This document shows, one piece after another, positions 47,208-55,747 of a stretch of DNA of 64,000 nucleotides. The stretch is from Candidatus Cloacimonadales bacterium (GTDB lineage: Bacteria > Cloacimonadota > Cloacimonadia > Cloacimonadales > JAIOQZ01), in contig OY771587.1 of NCBI GenBank assembly GCA_963674825.1, forward strand, positions 2,944,001 to 3,008,000, given 5' to 3'. The notes under the pieces were generated by a model. The model did not search any database. It had not been told where the DNA came from and saw nothing but the letters and a program-made list of their open reading frames with translations. Within the stretch, counting starts at the first letter, position 1; each line of letters starts with the position of its first letter. The position numbers and the translations under genes are program-made.

Positions 47208-47381
47208 ATGGCTTTCAAGATCAGAAAAGACGAATGCATCAACTGTGGCGCATGCGAAGTAGTCTGTCCGGTTGAAGCAATCTCCGAGGTTGATGGGAAG
47301 CGTTGGATCGATCCGTCGAAATGCGTCGATTGTGGTGCATGTGCAGCGGAATGCCCGGTCAATTGTATCGATTCTCCCTAA
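47208..47381 (+). CDS. 2[4Fe-4S] ferredoxin, 57 aa (absent from the ORF track)
   Basis: Hand translation MAFKIRKDECINCGACEVVCPVEAISEVDGKRWIDPSKCVDCGACAAECPVNCIDSP; AGGAGG RBS; TTGACA-17-TTAAAT promoter. Confidence 0.95.
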   Translation: MAFKIRKDECINCGACEVVCPVEAISEVDGKRWIDPSKCVDCGACAAECPVNCIDSP

Positions 47382-47402
47382 TTGATTTTTAGTTGCTATG
47401 AG

Positions 47403-47432
47403 AAGCCCCAGAAACTCTTACTGGGGCTTTTT
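47403..47432 (+). terminator. Rho-independent terminator
   Basis: aagccccag..ctggggctt-ttt. Confidence 0.8.
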
Positions 47433-47540
47433 CTATAACGATAATTCTCACCGTCATTTAGAAATTGATTCTTAAAAAGTAAAATTCTTGACAGGCATTC
47501 ATTATTCTGACTCTCAATGACTGCAATGAAGGAGGTTACT

Positions 47541-50500
47541 ATGATGCGTTGCCCTTTAATTGCCGTTTTCCTCATCTTTTCTGTTTATCTTATCGCTGAT
47601 GGTGTTCAGCCTACCGGTTCGGGCACATTGGCGAGTCCATATCAGATATCCACAATTAGTAATCTACAGTGGGTAAGTACGAATAATACATCCTGGTCAA
47701 AACACTTTGAGCAAACATCGGATATCGATGCCTCCACGACATCTACCTGGAACAGTGGTGCCGGATTTTCTCCAATTGGAGACGGTACAACTTCGTTCAC
47801 CGGGGTTTACGACGGTGGCAATCACATTATCAGTAACTTGTTCATCGATCGTGATGCGAACGATCAGGGTTTCTTTGGTCGCACTGATGGAGCGACAATT
47901 ACAGACCTGGGAATCGTCGGTTGCTCGATTACGGGTAGTACCCGAACGGGTGCTCTGGCCTCACTTTGTATTGGGTCAACCAGTATTCAGAGGTGTTACA
48001 GCACTGGAAGCGTGACCGGTTCGTCCACAACGGGCGGGTTAGTTGGATTTCTTCGCTACAGCAGTGAGATCCATGAATCGTATAGCACATGTTCGATAAC
48101 CTCGGGCCAATCCACAGGCGGTCTTGTCGGTAAAACGAATAATAGCGCATTAATTGAATGTAGTTATTCGCGTGGAACCGTAACCGGTTCGAGTTATGTC
48201 GGAGGTCTTGTAGGTGAAAATCAGGCGTCAAATGTTTATTTCTGTTACAGTACGGGGTTGGTTAACGGATCGGTTATAGTCGGTGGACTCATAGGATATA
48301 CGGATAACCTTACCATCATTAACTGTGTGTGGGATATTGATTCATCTGGCCAGTCAACAAGCCAGGGAGGAATTGGACTCAATACTGACGCTATGAAAGA
48401 AATGGACGTCTATACATCTCTTTCATGGGATTTCATGGTGGAAACCAGTGATGGAACCAATGACAACTGGGGTATGAATGGCCTGTATAATGACGGATAC
48501 CCGTTCCTGGCATGGCAAGGGTACGAACATTTTCCTCCTGCGGGAACGGAACCGATCGGTGAAGGTATAAGCTCGAATCCATATATAGTCTCGAATCTCG
48601 ATAATCTTCTTTGGGCAAGCTCTCATGTCGAATCTTGGGATAAATTCTTCCGCATGGCCTCGAACGTAGATGCAACCGACACTTACTTATGGCTGGACGG
48701 CGATGGCTTCAGGCCGATTGGAAACATCAGCATGCCGTTTACTGGCACCTTCGACGGGAACGAGTACCGGATATCGAATCTGCATATCGATCGGCCCGAT
48801 GATAGCTACCAGGGATTGTTCGGTGTTGCTCAGAGTGCAGCAATCTATGACCTGCGGGTGACGAATGTTTATATCAACGGCTATAATCGTGTTGGTGCAC
48901 TGATTGGATCGGTTACCGGGTCGTATGTGCTCCGGTGTAGATCGACTGGTGATGTTATTGGTTATAATACCAGAATTGGCGGTCTAATCGGTCAGGTAGG
49001 ATCATCTTCTGAAATCGAGGAATGCTCCTCGAGCTGTTCGGTTGACGGGCTCAACGAAACTGGCGGATTGATTGGCAGGTTTATGAATTCTACTCTCGTT
49101 TCTTCCTATGCCACTGGTTCTGTAGAAGGTACTTTCGATGGTGGTGGCCTCATCGGTGTAGCGAGTAACGGAGCGCATGTCGATAACTGCTACGCGACCG
49201 GACCGGTAGAAGCAGCAAATGGTGCTGCCGGACTTATCTCTGTAATAAACGATACGAACGTGTCGTCCTGCTATTGCATGAACACGGTAGAGAGCGATAA
49301 CGTGAGGGCCGGCGGATTTGCTGGCATCGTGGAAGGCACTTCGCAAGTCTCGAACTGCTTCAACCAGGGAACCATCAACCTGACCAACATCGTGATTGGC
49401 GGTTTCGCTGCACAGATTTCCGAAACGGCCGTTATCGAAGATTGCTACTCAGTATGCGCGATGAATGGTAGCAGTTCAGAAGTCGGTGGCTTTGTTGGCG
49501 AGATATTCGATACACCGGATATCTTCAATTGTTTTTGGGACGAGGATGTTTCAGGAATAACCTCCAGCGCTGGCGGAACTGGGATGACCACTACCGATAT
49601 GCAGCTAATGGACACATATTATCTGGCCGGATGGGATTTCATCGATGAATTTTACAACGGCAGTGACAATTATTGGGGCTTGAATGCGTCTGAGAATGGT
49701 GGCTATCCGTTCCTTTCCTGGCAGGGTTACGAGCATACAACCGGAAGCCCCGAAATGCCGGAAGGCTCGGGTACGGAAGCTGATCCATATCTGATCGGAT
49801 CAGCAAAGCACATCATCTGGCTTGCAAATTCTCCCAGCTATTGGAGTGCTTACTTCCAGCAAATTGCAACGATCGATCTCAGCGATTGTTCGACCTGTGC
49901 TCCCATCGGAAATGCAGAAACGCATTTCACCGGAAGCTATGAAGGGCAGAGCTACCTGATTACTGGTTTCAGTATCAATTCAACCGATACTGAGCAGGGT
50001 TTCTTTGGTGTGCTGGAGAACGCGCAGATCGACAACGTCATGCTAGTCGAAGTCGAAGTTATAGGTGGAGAGAGCTCCGCAGGGCTTGTCGGTCATGCGA
50101 TTACATCTGTAATAGATAATTGCTATGTCAGTGGTGCGGTATCATCGTCAGATCTACAACTGGGATTGCTGGCAGGTTTGGTAGAGGGTGGATCGATTAT
50201 AGACTGTATCACAACCGGATCTGTTGACGGTGATGAAAACACCGGCGGTTTGATTGGCTTCATTGATGACGGTACGGTCACAGGTTGTTCCAGCGATGTC
50301 GATGTTACCGGAACAGACAACACTGGTGGTATGATCGGCAGAGCATTGGGCTACAATCTTAGTCGTGAATTCAGCCTTGTAATATCCGATTGTTTCTGCA
50401 CGGGTTCGGTTTCCGCCAATACACCAGGTGGATTCATCGGACTTGGGCGCAGGTTAGATATTGAGCGTTGCTCTTCCTCGATGGATATCACTTCAGTCAG

Positions 50501-52382
50501 CACTGCTGGCGGATTTGCCGGCTCGACCAGTGGGGCTGTCAATTTTACAGATTGCTATAGCCTTGGAAGCATCACTTCCCCTGCAAATTTATCGGGTGGA
50601 TTCATGTATTGTCCCGATTCGAATAATGTATTCAGACGCTGCTATAGCGCTTGTACACTAACAAACAGCGGAAGTGGATTCGTTCATGCATTCATGACGC
50701 CCTGCACATTCAACCAGTGTTACTGGGACAAGGAATTCATGAACACGGAGAGCAGTGCGAATGGAACGGGCTTAAATACTGCCGAGATGAAGACTTATAT
50801 GACTTTCTATCTCAAAGGCTGGGATATGATGGACGAATCGGATAATGGTTCAGAGGAAATCTGGGGTGTCAATTCAGCAGACAATGATGGCTACCCATTC
50901 CTGAGTTGCCAGGGTTATACCAATTCCAATAGCGGTCTTCCGCTTGGAACCGGTACTTCTTCGGATCCATATCAGATCGCTGATTATACGCATCTCTACT
51001 GGCTCAGCGAAAAAACCGATGTCTGGAACGATTACTTCGTTCAGACTGCGGATATCGATGCTTCACAACTGGCATCATTCAATGATTCGGAAGGCATGAA
51101 TTCAATCGGTAACTCTGCCGGGTATTTCACGGGCACCTATGATGGTCAAGACTTTGTAATCGATGGTCTTACGAAAAATCGTCCTTCGGATTATTACGAA
51201 GGTTTGTTTGGCTATATCGTTTTTGGTACAGTTCGTAATATCATCCTGACAAATTGCTCGATTACAGTAGATTCCAATAGCGGTGGAATCGTTGGTAGGA
51301 TCGAAGAAGGGTCTATCGAAGACTGCTATGTATCGGGTACTGTTCATGGCAATGCCTTATATACGGCGGGTATTGCAGGGTTCAGTTATGGTTCCACCAT
51401 CAGCGGCTGTCACAATGCAGCGAATGTGACGTGCGATATCGATTCCGGCGGTATATGCGGCTGGAGTTCCGAGACAACGGTCATCGATTGTATCAATACA
51501 GGTACGATTCAAGGGCTTATGGGCAAGGGTGGTATTTGCGGACACCAGTATGGTGCTGAGATCACTGATTGCTATAATATGGGACAAATTTCGGTAAACC
51601 TCGAAAATGGCGGTGGAGTTGTGGGCTTAGCTATCGACACTGATATCAAGCGTTGCCACAATGCCGGAAGTATCTCCGGTATGACATACATCGGTGGTCT
51701 GGTCGGCCTGGGCGTGACGCATACGACAATCACCAATTGTTACAGCACAGGTTCTGCATCGGGAACCGAGAAAACAGGTGGTTTAATTGGCAGTGGTGAG
51801 GACTATACTACGATCGTCAATTCCTTCAGCACGGGACTCGTCTCCGGAGATACAAACATCGGTGGATTTATCGGGTTCAGAGATAATTGCGGCGTGCAAC
51901 ACTGCTTCTACGATACGCAGACATCCGGTATGTCGTCAAGTGTGGGTGGAACAGGCAAGACAACTGAAGAAATGAAAGACATCGATACGTTCCTCAGCGA
52001 TGGATGGGACTTCATGGGAGAAACTGCAAACGGTACTGATAATCCATGGAAGCTCGACGGTGTGAACAATAGCGGATATCCGCTCCTGGCATCCGAGGAC
52101 GTACCTGCTGTTGCACCTGTTGCTCCGGAAAACATCATCTTCACATTCGATGGAAATCAGGTAAGCTTTACCTGGGATATTGTTCCTTATGTGGATGGAT
52201 ACAGAATATATTCCGGCAGTGCACCCTACGGTATCTTCGGTGAAGAGACCGGTGGAACCTTCGATGACAATAGTTGGACTGCTCCTGCAACTGAAACGCG
52301 CAGGTTTTACAAGCTATGTTCCTACATTGGTGAAGAGACTCGAACCGAGCCGGTGAATCCAGCAAGAAAAGAATCACGGTAG
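47541..52382 (+). CDS. Large secreted GLUG-motif beta-helix repeat protein, four modules, FN3-like C-terminal tag
   Basis: Signal peptide; many GGLVG/C.STG.V repeats; four G.GT..PY.I module starts; GGAGG RBS. Confidence 0.85.
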   Translation: MMRCPLIAVFLIFSVYLIADGVQPTGSGTLASPYQISTISNLQWVSTNNTSWSKHFEQTSDIDASTTSTWNSGAGFSPIGDGTTSFTGVYDGGNHIISNLFIDRDANDQGFFGRTDGATITDLGIVGCSITGSTRTGALASLCIGSTSIQRCYSTGSVTGSSTTGGLVGFLRYSSEIHESYSTCSITSGQSTGGLVGKTNNSALIECSYSRGTVTGSSYVGGLVGENQASNVYFCYSTGLVNGSVIVGGLIGYTDNLTIINCVWDIDSSGQSTSQGGIGLNTDAMKEMDVYTSLSWDFMVETSDGTNDNWGMNGLYNDGYPFLAWQGYEHFPPAGTEPIGEGISSNPYIVSNLDNLLWASSHVESWDKFFRMASNVDATDTYLWLDGDGFRPIGNISMPFTGTFDGNEYRISNLHIDRPDDSYQGLFGVAQSAAIYDLRVTNVYINGYNRVGALIGSVTGSYVLRCRSTGDVIGYNTRIGGLIGQVGSSSEIEECSSSCSVDGLNETGGLIGRFMNSTLVSSYATGSVEGTFDGGGLIGVASNGAHVDNCYATGPVEAANGAAGLISVINDTNVSSCYCMNTVESDNVRAGGFAGIVEGTSQVSNCFNQGTINLTNIVIGGFAAQISETAVIEDCYSVCAMNGSSSEVGGFVGEIFDTPDIFNCFWDEDVSGITSSAGGTGMTTTDMQLMDTYYLAGWDFIDEFYNGSDNYWGLNASENGGYPFLSWQGYEHTTGSPEMPEGSGTEADPYLIGSAKHIIWLANSPSYWSAYFQQIATIDLSDCSTCAPIGNAETHFTGSYEGQSYLITGFSINSTDTEQGFFGVLENAQIDNVMLVEVEVIGGESSAGLVGHAITSVIDNCYVSGAVSSSDLQLGLLAGLVEGGSIIDCITTGSVDGDENTGGLIGFIDDGTVTGCSSDVDVTGTDNTGGMIGRALGYNLSREFSLVISDCFCTGSVSANTPGGFIGLGRRLDIERCSSSMDITSVSTAGGFAGSTSGAVNFTDCYSLGSITSPANLSGGFMYCPDSNNVFRRCYSACTLTNSGSGFVHAFMTPCTFNQCYWDKEFMNTESSANGTGLNTAEMKTYMTFYLKGWDMMDESDNGSEEIWGVNSADNDGYPFLSCQGYTNSNSGLPLGTGTSSDPYQIADYTHLYWLSEKTDVWNDYFVQTADIDASQLASFNDSEGMNSIGNSAGYFTGTYDGQDFVIDGLTKNRPSDYYEGLFGYIVFGTVRNIILTNCSITVDSNSGGIVGRIEEGSIEDCYVSGTVHGNALYTAGIAGFSYGSTISGCHNAANVTCDIDSGGICGWSSETTVIDCINTGTIQGLMGKGGICGHQYGAEITDCYNMGQISVNLENGGGVVGLAIDTDIKRCHNAGSISGMTYIGGLVGLGVTHTTITNCYSTGSASGTEKTGGLIGSGEDYTTIVNSFSTGLVSGDTNIGGFIGFRDNCGVQHCFYDTQTSGMSSSVGGTGKTTEEMKDIDTFLSDGWDFMGETANGTDNPWKLDGVNNSGYPLLASEDVPAVAPVAPENIIFTFDGNQVSFTWDIVPYVDGYRIYSGSAPYGIFGEETGGTFDDNSWTAPATETRRFYKLCSYIGEETRTEPVNPARKESR

Positions 52383-52402
52383 ATCACGTAAAAGATACTG
52401 CG

Positions 52403-52432
52403 ATAGCCCCGGATTGAAATTCGGGGCTATTT
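52403..52432 (+). terminator. Rho-independent terminator
   Basis: atagccccgga-ttgaaa-ttcggggctat-tt. Confidence 0.7.
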
Positions 52433-52546
52433 ATATTTAAATATGACTCTTCTCAATATTAAAGCTCAAGTGAGGACTGCCGCGTAAATATTCATTGACA
52501 TCCAACATTATCATTGTTTTGTTATGTGTATCTATCACGTAAAGGA

Positions 52547-53845
52547 ATGATGATGCATAAACTGCATATTACGATTTGGATGTTACTTCTCTCAACGCTA
52601 TTGAGCGCAACCCATAATTTCACAATCAACGGCGAGAACGAAACGACTGTCAGCATTGGGGACACGCTCGAAGTCTATTTTGAATTCGAGGCTTCAGGTA
52701 ATTCTGCAAGCTACAGCGTGTCCATCGATCTTCTTGGCGTACAGCTTCCCGGTATGCAATCGGAAGACGAACCGCTCATCGATGGCGGGATTATGGATGA
52801 GACAGGAATCGATGGTGTCTTTTTGAAGCATATGAGCAACTTCATCTCGATACCGGAAGCTGCCAGTATTATTATCACGATAACGGATCAGGATGTCTCG
52901 GACTCGGTAATCCTACACTATGAACAACTCCAAACGGATTTCTCCATCTCCGGCAATGTGAATTACGAGGGGCAATGGATCGATCCTCCTGTGATTGGAG
53001 GATTTGTTTACTGCTTCTACAATGTCTCGCCGTTGGAAATGGTGGAGATCTTCCAGGATTTCGACTTGGCGGTCTTCCTTGATTACATGAGTCAGGGTCA
53101 CTATCTTCTGTCCGACACGACAGGTTTATTTGGTGATTACCAGATATTCGTTCCGGAGGATATTCCTGATGTTTCTTGCATGGTGGGAGTTAATAGCCTG
53201 CTCGATGCAGAGGGAAGCTATATCTCGCCCGGGACACAGATGGTGACTGTGAATGGCCACATCACGGATGTCGATATGATCTATTTGATACCCGATGGAT
53301 ATTTCGCAGGCTCGATCTCCGATTCGCTGGGGAATCCCTTGAGCAATGCGGCTGTATTTGTGTCTGATCTTGCCGATTCAACCTTCTTCATGTCCTTTTA
53401 TGCCGATTCTCTTGGAGCTTTTTCAAAAGCTATGCAGAATGGAAGTTACTGGTTCCGGGTGAATCGTTTTCCATATACATCCTATGAGAACACCTTTATC
53501 ATCTCTGACAGCAATTATTATGAAGATATCGTTCTTGAAGGCGACTCGTTGATTGTTCCGACCGATCCCACAACTCCTGAAGGTATTGAGATTGTACTTC
53601 TGGAGCATCAGGTGCTGATAACCTGGAACAGTGTCGGACTAGTGGATGGGTACACGGTCTATTCATGTAGCACAGCGGATGGGGAGTATGAAGAAGACCT
53701 GACCGGAGTCTATATGGGAACAGCATGGAGAGCCCCGTATGATGGAGAGCGAAGATTCTACCGGATTGTTTCGTTTGTTGCCGATGATACGAGGCGAATT
53801 GAAATACTTCGCAGAAATTCTGTTCCAGGCACACTTTACCATTGA
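52547..53845 (+). CDS. Secreted protein with carboxypeptidase-regulatory-like Ig domain, paralogue A with FN3-like tag
   Basis: Signal peptide; HNFTINGE..; G.I.D..GNPL.NA.V; collinear with the next gene; start is one of three tandem ATGs. Confidence 0.8.
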   Translation: MMMHKLHITIWMLLLSTLLSATHNFTINGENETTVSIGDTLEVYFEFEASGNSASYSVSIDLLGVQLPGMQSEDEPLIDGGIMDETGIDGVFLKHMSNFISIPEAASIIITITDQDVSDSVILHYEQLQTDFSISGNVNYEGQWIDPPVIGGFVYCFYNVSPLEMVEIFQDFDLAVFLDYMSQGHYLLSDTTGLFGDYQIFVPEDIPDVSCMVGVNSLLDAEGSYISPGTQMVTVNGHITDVDMIYLIPDGYFAGSISDSLGNPLSNAAVFVSDLADSTFFMSFYADSLGAFSKAMQNGSYWFRVNRFPYTSYENTFIISDSNYYEDIVLEGDSLIVPTDPTTPEGIEIVLLEHQVLITWNSVGLVDGYTVYSCSTADGEYEEDLTGVYMGTAWRAPYDGERRFYRIVSFVADDTRRIEILRRNSVPGTLYH

Positions 53846-53901
53846 CATCTTGATCATTACAAATATTGTGCATGGCGAAAGCATATAACAAAGGAGTCTC
53901 A

Positions 53902-55203
53902 ATGAAAAAGATAGTGTTTTTTGTTTTGATGCTGACACTGGCAATGATGCTGAGCGCGGTACACAACTTTACGATAAACGGTGCGGAAGAGACAACCATT
54001 TCCGTTGGCGATTCTCTGGAATTCTATTTCGAGTTCGAGACAATCGGCAATGCGGCAAGCTACTCGATCTCAATCGACTTGATGGGTTATGAAGTCCCGG
54101 CGATCGAATCGAACGAGCAATCGTTTGCCGATGGTGGAGCGCTGGACGAAACCGATGAGGACGGTGTTTTCCTGATGCACCTGAGTAACTTTGTCTCCAT
54201 TCCCGAAGCTGCTTCGGTGATCATCACACTCACCGACGAAGAGATTTCCGATTCGGTTACACTCCATTTCGAGCAGCTTGATTCAGATTACTCGATATCC
54301 GGAAATGTAACGTCAGAAGGTTCGTGGTTTGATATGCCGGTTCCCGGTGCGCTGGTTTACTGTTTCTACAACGTTGGCGTGGAAGATATCATGGATCTGA
54401 TCGAGAATTTCACGGTGGAAGCCTTACTTGCATACATGCAGCAAGGCCACTATATCCTTTCGGAGATGACCGGCATTCTCGGAACCTATCAGATTTACGT
54501 GCCGGACGATGTGGTAGATGCCACCTGTCTTCTCGGAGTGATGAGCCTCCTCGATATCGAAGGAAGCTATGTAGCGCCAGATGCACAGGTTGTTCAGGTA
54601 AACGGTCATATTAATGGTGTCGATTTCTTCTATGCCCAACCCGATGGATACTTCGAGGGTATCGTAATGGACGCACAGGAGAATCCCGTTGGGAACGCTG
54701 CAATCTTCATCGTGAACCAGGAAGATGTGAGTGATTACACTGTCGCAAGCACCGATTCAACTGGCGTTTTTTCTATCCCGCTGCTGAACGGAACTTACGA
54801 TTTTACAGTAACCCATTTTATGTACGCGCAGTACGAAGGTACTTTCGATATCTCGGATGGTGATTACTACCTGGAGGTTGTTCTGCAGGGTTACGCGAAC
54901 GACGATGAGACCACACCGGATGCAATCTCAGGATTGTCGATAAGCTGCTATCCGAATCCGTTCAATCCAAACGTAACAGTCTCCTACAGTATCACGTCTC
55001 CAGGCGAGACGACTATGAGGATCTTTGATGTCCGTGGACGGCTTGTCTACTGCGTTACGCGGTACGATAGTATGCAGGAAGCCGGTTCGTTCAGATGGGA
55101 TGGCGTAAATCAGGATGGGAAACCGGTTGCGTCGGGAATCTACCTGATCCGCGTACAGCACGACAGTGATATGATGACTCGTAAGGCGATGCTACTGAAG
55201 TAA
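53902..55203 (+). CDS. Secreted paralogue B with FlgD/T9SS-like CTD
   Basis: Same N-terminal region as paralogue A; CTD CYPNPFNP..IFDVRGR..WDG.NQDGKPVASGIY..KAMLLK. Confidence 0.85.
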   Translation: MKKIVFFVLMLTLAMMLSAVHNFTINGAEETTISVGDSLEFYFEFETIGNAASYSISIDLMGYEVPAIESNEQSFADGGALDETDEDGVFLMHLSNFVSIPEAASVIITLTDEEISDSVTLHFEQLDSDYSISGNVTSEGSWFDMPVPGALVYCFYNVGVEDIMDLIENFTVEALLAYMQQGHYILSEMTGILGTYQIYVPDDVVDATCLLGVMSLLDIEGSYVAPDAQVVQVNGHINGVDFFYAQPDGYFEGIVMDAQENPVGNAAIFIVNQEDVSDYTVASTDSTGVFSIPLLNGTYDFTVTHFMYAQYEGTFDISDGDYYLEVVLQGYANDDETTPDAISGLSISCYPNPFNPNVTVSYSITSPGETTMRIFDVRGRLVYCVTRYDSMQEAGSFRWDGVNQDGKPVASGIYLIRVQHDSDMMTRKAMLLK

Positions 55204-55272
55204 GAGATTGAGAATCCCTCTACTTTCCTTTTCCCAAGCATGGGCGAAGGCAATGAACACAAAGGAAACGAT

Positions 55273-55479
55273 ATGAAACGACTTTTTCTGGTTATACTTA
55301 CCGTATTGATTCTGTACTTTTTAAAGAGCATGTTATTCTACTTCTTCAAGTTTGACTGGCAGCTATTCCAGACACCCTTCAGTGCTGGATATCTTCTGAT
55401 CGATTTTTGCGTGTGGCTGGCTCAATTCATCATCGGCTATCTTTTGATACGGCATTTCTGGACAAAATATCGCAACTAA
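55273..55479 (+). CDS. Small two-TM membrane protein
   Basis: AAGGA RBS; two hydrophobic helices. Confidence 0.55.
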   Translation: MKRLFLVILTVLILYFLKSMLFYFFKFDWQLFQTPFSAGYLLIDFCVWLAQFIIGYLLIRHFWTKYRN

Positions 55480-55562
55480 ATCAGTCATCGGGGAGTTTCG
55501 CTAATTCTTTCAACGGAATAGTTTGACAAGAATATACGCCTCTCAAAAATTGAGAACTTGCA

Positions 55563-55682
55563 CCGTTTCCATTTCTGATCGCATTAATTGATCGCGAAAT
55601 GGAACTGGAACTGACTGAGACTCTTTAGGTTCCGCGAAAACACAATCTGTCGCCCTATGGCGATCGATTGGTTTCATGCGGT
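55563..55682 (+). promoter_or_regulatory. Structured 5' leader (two long hairpins) of the EF-G paralogue operon
   Basis: ttccatttc/gaaatggaa stem and ccgc..caatc..tcgcc-ctat-ggcga..gattg..gcgg stem, downstream of TTGACA at 55523. Confidence 0.45.
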
Positions 55683-55747
55683 TATTTCGAGCTGTCCGTT
55701 CAAGATTTAAAACAAAATAAAATAGAAAGGAAACCAACGGGGGACTT

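Noticed and set aside
52547..55203. Paralogue pair as a diversity-generating retroelement TR/VR
   Set aside because: No reverse transcriptase; differences are not adenine-specific and span the whole genes
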